Shown here: positions 1 through 12,608 of the stretch, in pieces
Position numbering within the stretch: the stretch's first letter is position 1
Layout of the letters: each line of letters opens with the position of its first letter
Position numbers and translations under genes: made by a program
Notes under the pieces: model-generated
The model's database searches: none
The model's input: only the letters and a program-made list of their open reading frames with translations
Told to the model about the DNA's origin: nothing
Source of the DNA: Octopus vulgaris
Taxonomy: Eukaryota
Length of the DNA: 64,000 bases
Reading direction: 5' to 3'
Assembly (NCBI GenBank): GCA_951406725.2
Contig: OX597831.1
Span: 76,260,001 to 76,324,000, forward strand

Positions 1-222
1 GTGTGTGTGTTTCTGTGTCTGTGTGCGTACCCCACCACCATCGCTTGACAACCAATACTGGTGTGTTTACGTCCCCGTAACTTAGTGGTTCTGCAAAAGA
101 GACCTATAGAATAAGTATTGGGCTTACAAAGAATAAGTTCCGGGGTCGATTTGCTCGACTAAAGGCGGTGCTCCAGCATGGCCGCAGTCAAATGACTGAA
201 ACAAGTAAAAGAGTTAAAAAGA
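1..222 (+). mobile_element. SINE family A (tRNA/CORE-type with internal microsatellite), 3' half
   Basis: Matches the 3' half of the copies at 24988-25582 and 37312-37706 (…gcttacaaagaataag…ggcggtgctccagcatggccgcagtcaaatgactgaaacaagtaaaaga). Confidence 0.85.
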
Positions 223-774
223 GTATGTGTGTGTATGTATTATGTATGCATATATAGAGTCTAGTGGTGGTTTCCTCTTAGGTCCAACACCCTCTTTGGT
301 TAGACTTTGGGTGAATACTGATATGGACTCTCATTGCCTTCTCCGGGGCAAATGGGATTTGAGCTCAGACAGTAGAGAACTGGAAGATATATCGTAAAGC
401 ATCTCTGCCGACGCGTTAACGATTCTATCACTCTCGCACAATGATCCTGTCGCTAAAGCAATATGAAATGAAATTTTTTTGCTCAAAAACACAACGCAGG
501 AATCGAAGCCATGATCTACAGATCGTGTGTGCAACACTCTAACCACTAGGCCACGATATATATGAAAATCTTTACTAATTCATGAAGATAATTCTATGGA
601 ACAAATAAACTTACCATTTGTGATACAGTTTATGGATCGTCTCCACGTCGCTCGGATATTACGCCTTTGAAAATCACGCAAGTATGAAACCGGTTAAGTC
701 TATAAATTTTAATTCAAATAAATCTTCACTGTCATTGCAGCTTCAAGCAAGCAAGAAACCATCCAATCAACGAA

Positions 775-1110
<336 letters not shown>

Positions 1111-1186
1111 TAAAAAATAAATATGTATATGTTTGTATGTGTGTATACATATATGCATAAGTATGGCTGTATGTATGTATATGCAT

Positions 1187-2018
1187 ATATAATAATTATA
1201 ATTAAGGGTTAATTGCAACAAGTTGCTCAAAACCACATACCGAAAATATTAGAAATAGCAGCCAAATTGATCAAGTCTCCACAAACAAACAGAATTTGTA
1301 ACCTGTATATGGCAAAAAAGGAAGAAAATAACGAAATCCCAGCCTATGGATTAATTATAGACGAATCGTTTCTGGATTAGAACCGAAGGCTCATTTCCTT
1401 GTCAATATAATATTTCCTATAAATCTAGAAATGCTATGGGAAAAACTCACCCGTTACACCAGCTCGACCAGCGACTTCGAACGATCTAACGGACTGCTAG
1501 CATTCCTACACTTATTAATTTTATTAAATTAATTATATTCCACCCTTTTTTGCATATTGAATACTACTGCTCCCTTACATGAAATCTACGAAACTTCGTT
1601 TCGTTGGTAATGTTTTTGTAGCTCACGTGGTAATTTTGGAGGGAGATATGAATTCGCATGTCTGTATAAGTGTAGGAATGCTAGCAGTCCGTTAGATCGT
1701 TCGATATCGCTGGTCGAGCTGGTGTAACGGGTGAGTTTTGTTCCCATAGCATTTCTAGATTTATAGGAAATATTATATTGACAAGGAAATGAGCCTTCGG
1801 TTCTAATCCAGAAACGATTCGTCTATAATTAATCCATAGGCTGGGATTTCGTTATTTTCTGCCTTTTTTTGCCATATACAGGTTACAAATTCTGTTTGTT
1901 TGTGGAGACTTTTTATTAGTAGGAGAAATAATGATCAATTTGGCTGCTATTTCTAATATTTTCGGTATGTGGTTTTGAGCAACTTGTTGCAATTAACCCT
2001 TAATTATAATTATTATAT
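1187..2018. mobile_element. Long fold-back inverted repeat (arms 1187-1515 / 1666-2018), Penelope-like pLTR
   Basis: Near-perfect ~330-bp arms. The tail motif gctatttctaa…tgtgg…aaccctaatta is shared with 6280-6360, 16590-16670 and 47340-47460. Each arm carries a degenerate hammerhead. Confidence 0.75.
1772..1829 (+). ncRNA. Degenerate type I hammerhead ribozyme (mirror copy 1354-1411 on -)
   Basis: ATTATA-[TTGACAA]-GGA aat GAGCC ttc GGTTC taa TCC a-GAAA-CGATTCG-TC-TATAAT. Stems are intact, but the core is mutated from CTGACGA. Confidence 0.6.
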
Positions 2019-2285
2019 TCGAGGTGTGGCCGTACAAAGGAGGAGAAAAGTGGTATCATGACACCTTGTTCTCTGGACCAGAAGGTTCTTAAGATCCAGG
2101 AACTCATCCTAAGAGCTATATCGACCTTATTGTTGATGTGGGCACTCCAACTGAGATTGTCATCAACAATTACGTCCAGCTCTCTGATATTGTTAGAGGC
2201 TGTGAGCGGTTCCCCTGAAGGAAGAGAGTATGGTTGTTTTAGTGTGGACTTTCTTCCAAAATGCATCAGCTCAAATTTTCCCTAG
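2018..2285 (-). pseudogene. CR1-clade LINE ORF2 fragment (RT C-terminal region)
   Basis: Translation MHFG…IRELDVIVDDNLSWSAHINNKV…ILRTF…LFSSFVRPHLEY, typical of CR1. Cut off by the palindrome. Confidence 0.8.
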
Positions 2286-2310
2286 TTTATTTTGTTTATA
2301 TATATATATT

Positions 2311-2366
<56 letters not shown>

Positions 2367-2532
2367 CAAATACACACACAGACACACACACACACAAATA
2401 TATATATGTGTATATATATATGTATGTATATGTATATATGTATTTATATGAGTGACTGTTAAACTAATACATCTGTTTGTTGTCTACCCCACCTGTCTTC
2501 GTCTTTTGTTTTGTTTTTGTGAATTATCCCTA

Positions 2533-2585
<53 letters not shown>

Positions 2586-2709
2586 TTGTGTGTGTGTGAG
2601 TATGTGTGTGTGTGTGTGTGCGTGTGTATGTATGCATATGCTTGTGCACCCACTCACAAACTTGTACATATATGTGTAAGTGTGTGTGTGAATGTGTGTG
2701 CATGTATGC

Positions 2710-2760
<51 letters not shown>

Positions 2761-2848
2761 AAATAACAAACATACATATATATATATATATATCTTTTTG
2801 TATGTATGTTTAGATATATATGTGTGTGTGTCTCTATGTCTATGTGTA

Positions 2849-2899
<51 letters not shown>

Positions 2900-3417
2900 T
2901 CACATATATATATATACATAGATATACATATCTACATGTGTGTGTGTGTGTGTGCATGTGTTTGTGAGGGGTGAATGTGGCCGTAACCTCTTTTATCCAC
3001 AGCTTTGAATGAATTTCGAGATTATCCGTTTGTATTTAGTTCAGGAAACCGTAAAATTTTAATCCGGATTTAATGATCAGGTGTCACTTCGCCATTTAAC
3101 ACCGCCACCAATAAATAAATGAATAAATAAATACAAATAGAAAAAACATTTAAATTATCCCCCTAAAATAAGAAAACAAAAAAATTCACACAATAATTAA
3201 CCGCTTGGCAAAAATGCGTTCCTTATAATTAAATTAGGTGCAAGCGTACTTACACTAGTAATCCAAGACATATTTGAATTAATTAAACACTGTTAACGAT
3301 GTTTTTTATATATTTTTGTTGCAGTTTAATTGAGAGAAAAATGTGAAAGGCGCTAAGCTTGTACGTCCACGTGGTCGCTCGTTTTGCTAGAGATAGCCGT
3401 CAGCTATCTTTTCAGAC

Positions 3418-4018
3418 TGGTTTTAAATTTTGGCACGAAGCCAGAAATTTCGGTGTGGGTGGGTGTAAGCCGATTGTAACGACCCCAGTATGCAACCAAC
3501 TGGTACTTAATTTATCGACCCCGAAAGGGTGAAAAGCAAAGTCAACCTCGGCGGAATTTGAATACAGAGTGTCAAGACGGACGAAATGCCCCCTAAGTAT
3601 TTTGCCCGGCACGCGAACGATTCTTTTTTAATCTAGGTACAAGGTTCGAAATTTTGAGGGAGGGGGCAAGTCGATTAGATCGATCCCAGTATGCAACTGG
3701 TACTTACTTAATCGACCCCGAAAGGATGAAAGGCAAAGTCGACCTCTGCGGAATTTGAACACAACGTAAAGACAGACGAAATACCTATTTCTTTACTACC
3801 CACAAGGGGCTAAACACAGAGAGGACAAACAAGGACAGACAAACGGATTAAGTCGATTATATCGACCCCAGTGCGTAACTGGTACTTAATTTATCGACCC
3901 CGAAGGATGAAAGGCAAAGTCGACCTCGGCGGAATTTGAACTCAGAACGTAACAGAAGGCGAAATACCGCTAAGCATTTCGCCCGGCGCGCTAACGTTTC
4001 TGCCAGCTCGCCGCCTTC
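3418..4018 (-). mobile_element. SINE family B: monomer (3418-3622) plus dimeric copy (3623-4018)
   Basis: Head aaggcggcgagctggcagaaacgttagc…gagttcaaattcc (B-box-like) and core gtcgactttgcctttcatcctttcggggtcgat, repeated three times. Confidence 0.85.
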
Positions 4019-4048
4019 AGTTGTCTTTTCATTTTACCACGATGTCTT

Positions 4049-4099
<51 letters not shown>

Positions 4100-4254
4100 G
4101 CGCGCATACTTTCTGTCTGTCCTTCTCCACCCCCCTTCTCTCTCTCTCTCTCTCTCTCTCCACCCTCTCTATCTCCCTCTCTCTCTCGGAGATACCGAAC
4201 AAATACTGGAAGCATTTTTCCAACGCTCTATCGATTCTTGCTTTCTTAAGAATA

Positions 4255-4680
4255 ACAATGGTTTCTAAGCTAAGAACAAGAATTGCAAATATGCGAGTGG
4301 AGGGTTTAGTGGAGGCCATCGCCCTCAGAACTTGACTGGTATTTTGCCTTATCGATCCCAGGGAGATGAAAAGCAAAGGTGTTCCGGCGAGATTTGAACT
4401 CATAATGTAAAAGAAACGGAAGAAATGCCGCTAAGCATTTTGTCCGACGCGCAAACCATAATAATACGAGCTCAATGATAATGGTTTCGAATTTAGCTAT
4501 GATAGCAGAAATTTTGGAGGCGGGGCAGTTAATCGATTTCATTGACCCTAGTGCTCAGTTTTATTGATCCGAGGTAGATGGAATGCAAAGCTGACTACTG
4601 CAGGATTTGAACGCAGAATGTAAAGACCGAGAACATTAACTCCAAGACATTTTCCGATGCTCCAACGTTTCTGCCGATTG
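4255..4680 (-). mobile_element. Two diverged SINE B copies
   Basis: Degenerate gatgaaaagcaaagg…gaatttgaact…aaatgccgctaagcatttt matches. Confidence 0.65.
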
Positions 4681-4774
4681 TTTATAAACCTTATCGATAT
4701 GAAATAATTAGATGCAAACTTTTTTTTAATTCGACCAGTATTGGATATGGTGTGAATACGGACGTGAATGGCCG

Positions 4775-5020
4775 AATGGTTAGGATGTTGCATTTAGGAT
4801 CGCCAGATCAAGGTTTCAGTTCCTGGAGAGAGTGGAGCGTTGAGTTCTTGAGCATAACACTTTCACGTCACATTACTCTGGAGTCACTTTTGACACTTGA
4901 CATGCGGTACACCGTTCACCTGTTCACGTCTGTTTGATGGAGGCAGTGATCCAATGTGTAGCATGAACATTTGATCACTAGGATCAAATCATTTGATCGT
5001 AGGCCGTTCGACGCGGCGAG
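4775..5020 (+). mobile_element. Diverged tRNA-derived SINE (family D)
   Basis: ggccgaatggttaggatgttgcat…gttcttgagcataacactt, similar to 19936-20225. Confidence 0.55.
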
Positions 5021-5044
5021 AGAGAATATTATACACATATTGTA

Positions 5045-5186
5045 GGCGTAGGAGTGGTTGTGTGTGTAGAATAAGTACTAGGCTTACAAAGAATAAGTCC
5101 TGGGGCGGATTACTTCGACTAAAGGCGGTACTCCAGCATGGCCGCAGTCAAATAATTGAAACATGTTTAAAAAAAAGAGTAAAAGA
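5045..5186 (+). mobile_element. Internally deleted SINE A
   Basis: 5' ggcgtaggagtggttgtgtg fused directly to the 3' part tagaataagtactaggcttacaaag. Confidence 0.75.
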
Positions 5187-5494
5187 GTATACATATACAG
5201 GGTTGGCTGGAAGTCACATGACAGTCAATCAAAATTCCATAAATACTCTCTGCAGTTCTATATTGACACGAATGGGAAAACGTGTCGCTCAAGAAGGACT
5301 TCAGTTTGAAGTTTTCATGAAGTTTTCATGAAGTTTTCATGAAGTTTTCAGGATATCTGCATTACCTCTGGATATCCTTGTTGCTTATTTTGGTTATAAT
5401 CATCCCATTTGATTTATATGGATAATACCATACCAAATTCTTCTGGTGCCTTTAACTTAAGTACCATATTCATCTGAATCTAAATTTTACTGAA

Positions 5495-5558
<64 letters not shown>

Positions 5559-5639
5559 TAAGGGTAGAAATCAATATTTATCAATTAAAACCAGTGGTCT
5601 AGCATATTAAAAAAGAATCCGAAGATTAAAATATTTATA

Positions 5640-6011
5640 TATACCAATTAAGGACTGAACACGAAAAGTGGACAGTCAACATGCTAGATATAGACGTCAG
5701 ATCGCCATTCTCCACAAAAGATTATGTTCTCAAATCAAACTCAGCACAAACCCAAGCAATAAACAAGTGAAAATATACGAAATAAAATACTTATCCATGT
5801 ACTGATCAGTTTCGGCTATTAATATCCGCAAGGATACCTGTAGCCTTCATCAGCATGGCCCGATAAGTATTTTATTTCGTATATTTTCACTTGTTTATTG
5901 CTTGGGTTTGTGCTGAGTTTGATTTGGGAACATAATCTTTTGTAGAGAATGGCGATTTGACGTCTATATCTAGCATGTTGACTGTTCACTTTTCGTGTTC
6001 AGTCCTTAATT

Positions 6012-6016
<5 letters not shown>
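5640..6016. mobile_element. Fold-back Penelope-like pLTR (arms 5640-5795 / 5862-6016) with a hammerhead as spacer
   Basis: ~155-bp near-perfect inverted arms, (TA)n on the right side; same family as 19583-19805. Confidence 0.8.
5795..5858 (-). ncRNA. Type I hammerhead ribozyme, intact core
   Basis: Minus strand: CCATG-CTGATGA-a-GGCTA cag GTATCC ttgc GGATAT taa TAGCC-GAAA-CTGATCAG-TA-CATGG (GUA cleavage triplet). Confidence 0.85.
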
Positions 6017-6070
<54 letters not shown>

Positions 6071-6117
6071 CGGGTATGTTCGACTTTTAGTGCTCTCAAA
6101 TCCAAATCTAAATAAAT

Positions 6118-6181
6118 CTTGAGCTGACGAAGGAAATGTTGATCTTTATATTCAACTAATCTAGAAACGTACGTTCTCAAG
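6118..6181 (+). ncRNA. Type I hammerhead ribozyme in a pLTR-like element (~6065-6468)
   Basis: CTTGAG-CTGACGA-a-GGA aat GTTGA…TCAAC taa TCT a-GAAA-CGTACG-TT-CTCAAG; element flanked by (TA)n on both sides. Confidence 0.8.
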
Positions 6182-6464
6182 TAATCGATGTACGTGTGAT
6201 CTTTCGTTATTTTTCCCTCTATACCTGCGGGAATTATTTTTGAGTATACATTGTCTAGGAGATTTTTGTTATAATAGAAGAAATAGCTAAGATTTTTTGG
6301 TTGCTATTTCTAAAAGTTCGATGTGTGGTAAAGTAAATTATTTTACTGAACCCTAATTATATAACGTAATGTTTTAAATATACCGTAAATGGTCTTTTTA
6401 CATACTGAACACTACTTGGTAAAATTAATTAATAATTAATTAATTTTACCCTTTTATTATTGAT

Positions 6465-6495
<31 letters not shown>

Positions 6496-6637
6496 CTGCC
6501 CATGGGGAAGGACCTTCTACTACCATGTTCCTAATGATGAAATTAACCTCTCTGTCTATATATCTACCCTCTTTGTAATGTTGGTAAATGAAATAAGTAT
6601 AAAAATGTACATTGTCTATTTAATTAAAAAATTCTAT

Positions 6638-6726
6638 ATGTGACTGAAAATTCCTCTAATTTTAAAACTGATATAATACTTATATTGTTTAATAAAATGA
6701 AGTAGCATGAAACGATTGTACTACAC
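6638..6726 (+). ncRNA. Degenerate hammerhead-like motif with long domain II (homologue of 53002-53095)
   Basis: ctgaaaa…gcat-GAAA-CGATTG-TA-CTACAC, followed by the ggatatccttgttgcttattttg tail also seen at ~5365-5395 and 53104-53133. Confidence 0.45.
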
Positions 6727-6755
6727 TACCTTGGATATCCTTGTTGCTTATTTTG

Positions 6756-6816
<61 letters not shown>

Positions 6817-6822
6817 TTTTAA

Positions 6823-7022
6823 TCTTTTACTTGTTTCAGATATTTTGACTGCGGCTATGCTGGAGCACCGCCTTTAGTCGAACAAATCAACCCCAGGACT
6901 TATTCTTTGTAAGCCTAGTACTTATTCTATCGATTTCTTTTATCGAACCACTATATTACGGAGACATAAACACACCAACATCGGTTGTCAAGCGATAGTG
7001 GTGGGACAAACACAGGCACACA

Positions 7023-7067
<45 letters not shown>

Positions 7068-7220
7068 GACGGGCTTCATTCAGTTTCTGTCTACCAAATC
7101 CACTCACAAGGCTTTGGTTGGCCCGAGGCTATAGTAGAAGTCACTTGCCCAAGGTGTCACACATTGTGACTGAACCTGGAACCATGTGGTTGGGAAGCAA
7201 GCTTCCTACCACACAACCAC
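6823..7220 (-). mobile_element. SINE A, near full length (partial copies at 7243-7450 and 7968-8185)
   Basis: Reverse-complement match to 24988-25582, including the tRNA-like head (ggttcagtc) and CORE-like ccttgggcaagtg. Confidence 0.85.
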
Positions 7221-8871
7221 ATGTGTGTGTGTGTGTGCGTCTATTATCGTTTACTTGTTTCAGTCATTAGACTGTAGCCATGCTGGGGCACAGCCTCGAA
7301 GAATTTTAGTCGAACAAAGCGACCCCAGGACCTATCTTTTTTTGGTGTTTGTTTTAAGCCTGGTAGTTATTTTATCGGTCTCTATTGCTGAAATGCTCAG
7401 TTACCGTTTGTATAGCAGTGGTGGGGAACAAACACGGACACGCCCCACACATGTGTGTATGTGTGTATGTGTATTAGTATATTAGATTATTGGAGAAGGA
7501 TGGTTTTGCAAACAGCCAACACTCACTTGTCAAGGTGCCTCTGATGTGTCACTGGACCAGCTAAAAATAGCAGACTAAATTCCCTCAAACGTCTCCTACC
7601 GCTTAGAAACCTTGACACACAAAACAAGGACAGATAGGACACTTACAGCTAGAACATCTCTCGTTTTTGATCATAAGATTTCTGGATCAGGTCTGACCTG
7701 GGGTTAAATAAAAAGTATTCGGAATGATTTTTATCTCCAGTTTCACAATCTTGTGAATAAATGTTCTGTGAAATACCAATCCAGTTGCTTCTCACATTCC
7801 AGTTTACCATTTTACCGTTTCTTTAGTCTCGTGTGAATTCAGAACAACGGTGTATGCGAAGAGGAGGGGAGGAGAGGAGGTAGAAAAAATCCTGAAGAGT
7901 AAATGAACTGAAATCTATACTCGGGGTATTCCTGTTTGAAACTATTTTATTTCATATATATTCTTTATATTTTACTTGCCTCGTTCATTGGATTGCGACC
8001 ATGCTGGAGTGTCGCTATAAAGGGTTTTAGTCGATCAAATCAATCGCAGTTGTATTTTTGTTTTCTTTTTTTTTAATTATTCTGTCTGTGCTTTTGCCGA
8101 TTCGCTAGCTTAGGGAGACGTAAACAAACCAATACTAGTTATCAGTAGGGTGGCGAAGGAACAAATACAAATAGAAAGACACGAATAGCTATACTCACAT
8201 ACATACATGCATACAGTATATACATACATACATACATACATACATACATACATACATACATACATACATACATACATACATACATACATACATACATACA
8301 CACAGTATATACATACAATATATACATACATATATACATACATACAGTATATACATACACACATACACACAGTATATACATACAGTATATACACACATAT
8401 ATACATACATACATTCATACGAGAATATGATGGCTTTACAAACCGATACTTCGCAGTCCCTGTCAACATTATTCTTTTCCAAGAATAATAAACTCCGAGT
8501 AATCCTTCAGTTTAATGTTAAATTGCATTTTTAAAAACCAAACCAAACATTTTTATACATGTGTATATATGGGGGTGAGAGGATGGGGCTGAGGAGAAGG
8601 CCACACTGCTGCTAAAAACTATGATACACACAAGCATACACACACTCTCTCACTCACACACACACACAAACAAAAAAGGGCACATACGCATGCGCACATA
8701 AAGATACACAGCATGGAGTAAGTGGAACAAGAACACACACGGAAACGAAAAGTGTTGCTGAAGAGGTCACAGATGTGTGACGAAAGATTTCCGGACAATG
8801 GTCATGAGTTAGAATAAGAACAGTAATAAACGAGTGAAGAACGAATATATAGTGTATGTGTTTATTTGGCA

Positions 8872-9053
<182 letters not shown>

Positions 9054-9090
9054 AAATAATAATAATAATGATAATAATAATAATAATAAT

Positions 9091-10455
9091 GATAATAAGC
9101 AAGAACAAACATACAAATATTTAGGGATAAATGAAGGCTCTGGTATTCAGCATGCAAGCATGAAAGAGAAGATCAGGAAGGAATGTTATAGGAGAGTTCG
9201 TGCAGTCCTGAAATCTGAACTAAATGCACGTAACAAGGTGTTAGCTATAAATTCCTTAGCAGTTCCAGTTGTTACTTATAGCTACAATGTGTTGAACTGG
9301 AATATGAGTGAAGTAAAGAATATAGATAGGAAAATACGCAAGCTGCTGAGTTGTAATAGGATGCACCACCCAAAGGCAGACGTAGATCGCCTTTACCTTC
9401 CCAGAGCCCAAGGAGGTCGAGGCCTGATCCAATTTGAACTAGCTTACAAAACAACCACAATTGGACTGGCCAAATATCTCGAAATATCGAATGACTGGAT
9501 GCTAAAGCTCGTGGAAAATCACGAGAGACGAAAGAAGCTTCATTCTATCATAAAGGAAACCAAAAAATTTGCTATTGATCTCGTGCAGGATACCCAAACT
9601 GAACAACCCGAGGGAAGTATGGCAACTATTGTTGCAAAGAAGGTGAAAATAATGGCAACGAAAAAAGCGCACGAACAATTGGCTGATAGGTAGGCGGAGA
9701 AACCTCTGCACGGCAAATATGTGGCCCGCAGCAAACAAGCTGATGTTGACCAGAAGCAAACCCATCAGTGGCTACGGAGCTCAGGGCTAAAAGCAGAGAG
9801 CGAAGGTTTCATTCTGGCTGCTCAAGATCAAAGCCTATTAACCCGGAAATACCAGGCCAGTGTGATGAAAAATGGAGCAGACCCAAAACGCCGATTCTGC
9901 AACGACATGATTGAAACAGTGGACCACCTAATCTCTGGATGTAAAGTCTTAGCACCAGTGGAGTATAAACTAAGACATGACAGAGTTGGCCAATATCTAC
10001 ACTGGCTAATAAGTCGGCATTACAATATCAAAACTGCCGACAAGTGGTATAATCACCACCCTGAGGCTGTAACTGAAGGAGAAAATGTAACCATTCTGTG
10101 GGACTTTCCAGTACATACAGACCGAACCATCAAGGCCAATAAACCAGATATTGTTGTGAAAGACCAAAACAATAAAGTTTGCTTATTGATCGACATGAGC
10201 ATCCCCTGTGATCATAATACCTCAGCGAAAGAGTTTGACAAGCTCAGAAAATATAAAGACCTACTCATTGAAATTGAGAAAATGTGGCATCTCAAGGCGG
10301 TTACAATACCAGTGATCGTAGGAGCACTAGGAATGATCAAGAAGGGAACCGAAAATTATATGAGAATGATCCCTGGCTTACCATCCCTGCAAGAAGTGCA
10401 AAAGATTGTCTTAACTGGTACATCACACGTATTGAGAAGAGCATTGTCGATGTGA
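9091..10455 (+). pseudogene. RT C-terminus + zinc knuckle + restriction-like endonuclease of Dong family 1
   Basis: ORFs 8866-9693 and 9721-10455 are in the same frame, separated by one TAG (W>stop) at 9691-9693. Confidence 0.88.
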
Positions 10456-10629
10456 GAACTGTTGCTGCTCATGTATTTTAATTTAACTTAAAAAAAATAT
10501 TAAAAAAAATGAACGAACTATTGAGTTTGGTTTAATGGCCTACCAATGTATACTATCAGTTTCTTTGCCCTAGGAGTCGGGAAGACACTCGGCAAGAAAT
10601 GGAAGCAAATTTGAAAGAAGAAAAAAAAA

Positions 10630-10630
<1 letters not shown>
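9091..10630 (+). mobile_element. 5'-truncated R4/Dong-clade RLE LINE (family 1) within (TAA)n
   Basis: YKYLG…GGRGL, a CCHC knuckle (R/C-RFC…H…C), RHD, KPDIVV…LID RLE motifs and VIVGALG; (AAT)n on both flanks. Confidence 0.9.
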
Positions 10631-10672
<42 letters not shown>

Positions 10673-10677
10673 TAATA

Positions 10678-10748
<71 letters not shown>

Positions 10749-10944
10749 AACAATAAGGAAAATGACCATTCCGAAATACAACAATAAATATACAGGTATA
10801 CCTCACCCTGCGTCGTTAATCGGTTCCAGGAGACACGGCGTAAGTCAAAAAACGACTTAAGTCGAATTATTTGTCTCTAGGCTAGGATAGTCCAAATTTA
10901 CTTCTCTAAGCTAAACCGATAATAACCACTCCCAGTTCTGTCCC

Positions 10945-11190
10945 GTCCGTGGCACTCCGTGAGTTATGACGTGGAGGATTCCAGTTGATCCGATCAACGG
11001 AACAGTATGCTAGTGAAATTAATGTGCAAGTGGCTGAGCACTTCGCAGACACGTGTACCCTTAACGTAGTTCTCGGGGAGATTCAGTGCGACACAGAGTG
11101 TGACAAGGCTGGTCCCTTTGAAATACAGGTACAACAGAAACAGGAAGAAAGGGAGAGAGAATGTAGTGGTGAAAGAGTACATATCTTACT
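10945..11190 (-). mobile_element. SINE family C, 3' part
   Basis: Matches 27470-27710 (gacacgtgtacccttaacgtagttctc…gaaatacaggtacaacagaaacagg). Confidence 0.8.
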
Positions 11191-11201
11191 GTTACTACTT
11201 C

Positions 11202-11242
<41 letters not shown>

Positions 11243-11244
<2 letters not shown>

Positions 11245-11458
11245 AGCGGTATTTCGTAGCCGCTACGTTCTAAGTTCAAATTCCGTCGAGGTCGACTTTG
11301 CCTTTCATCCTTTCGGGGTCGATAAAATACGTACCAGTTGAACACTGGGGTCAATGTAATCAACTCATCCCCTACCCGAAAATTGCTGCCCTTGACGCAA
11401 AATTTGAAACTATTATTATTATTATCATTATTATCATCATCATTATTATTATTATTAC

Positions 11459-11497
<39 letters not shown>

Positions 11498-11541
11498 CAT
11501 CATCATTATTATTGTTATTGTTATTGTTGTTATTGTTGTTA

Positions 11542-11602
<61 letters not shown>

Positions 11603-11815
11603 GGCGGCGAGCTGGCAAAATCGTGGTCCCGCCAGACAAAGTGCTTCTCTGTATTTCGTCTGTCTTTGCGTTCTGAGTTCAAAATCCGCCGATGTCTACT
11701 TTCACTTTCATCCTTTCAGGATTGATAATTTAAGTACCAGTGAAACACTTGGATCGAAGTAATCGACTAGTCCCCACCCGGCAAATTTCAGGCCTTGTGC
11801 CTATATTAGAAAGAA
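11243..11815 (+). mobile_element. Two SINE B copies (11243-11410, 11601-11815), each followed by (ATT)n
   Basis: SINE B head/core with the 'ccttgtgcc…tagaaaga' tail type. Confidence 0.8.
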
Positions 11816-11932
11816 TTATTATTATTATTACTATTATTATTATTATTACTATTATTATTATTATTATTACTATTATTATTATTATTATTCTATGTTTGAC
11901 TTTTGCTTTATGTCTGTACAAGTTGGCTCCAA

Positions 11933-12007
<75 letters not shown>

Positions 12008-12037
12008 TATTATTGTTATTATTATTATTATTATTAA

Positions 12038-12106
<69 letters not shown>

Positions 12107-12139
12107 TATTATTGTTATTATTATTATTATTATTATTAA

Positions 12140-12172
<33 letters not shown>

Positions 12173-12183
12173 TATCATTATTA

Positions 12184-12220
<37 letters not shown>

Positions 12221-12246
12221 TATTATTGTTATTATTATTATTATTA

Positions 12247-12295
<49 letters not shown>

Positions 12296-12342
12296 TATTA
12301 TTGTTATTATTATTATTATTATTGTTATTATTATTATTATTA

Positions 12343-12392
<50 letters not shown>
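11815..12392. repeat. Long (ATT)n array containing a ~43-bp Dong family 2 3'-end insertion (11889-11932, -)
   Basis: ctatgtttgacttttgcttta…acaagttggctccaa matches 39336-39378. Confidence 0.85.
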
Positions 12393-12393
<1 letters not shown>

Positions 12394-12565
12394 CCCGTTT
12401 ACGATTACGGACAATTGAGAAGAGCAACTACCAAAAAAAACAAAAGGAAAATAATTCAAAATTCAAAACAGAATAAGAGACAAATATTGCTTGCGTGCCG
12501 TGAGTCGTATGTGACTGTGTATGTGCGTGTGCATGTGTGTGTGTGTAGAGAGAGAGAGAGGAAGA

Positions 12566-12608
<43 letters not shown>

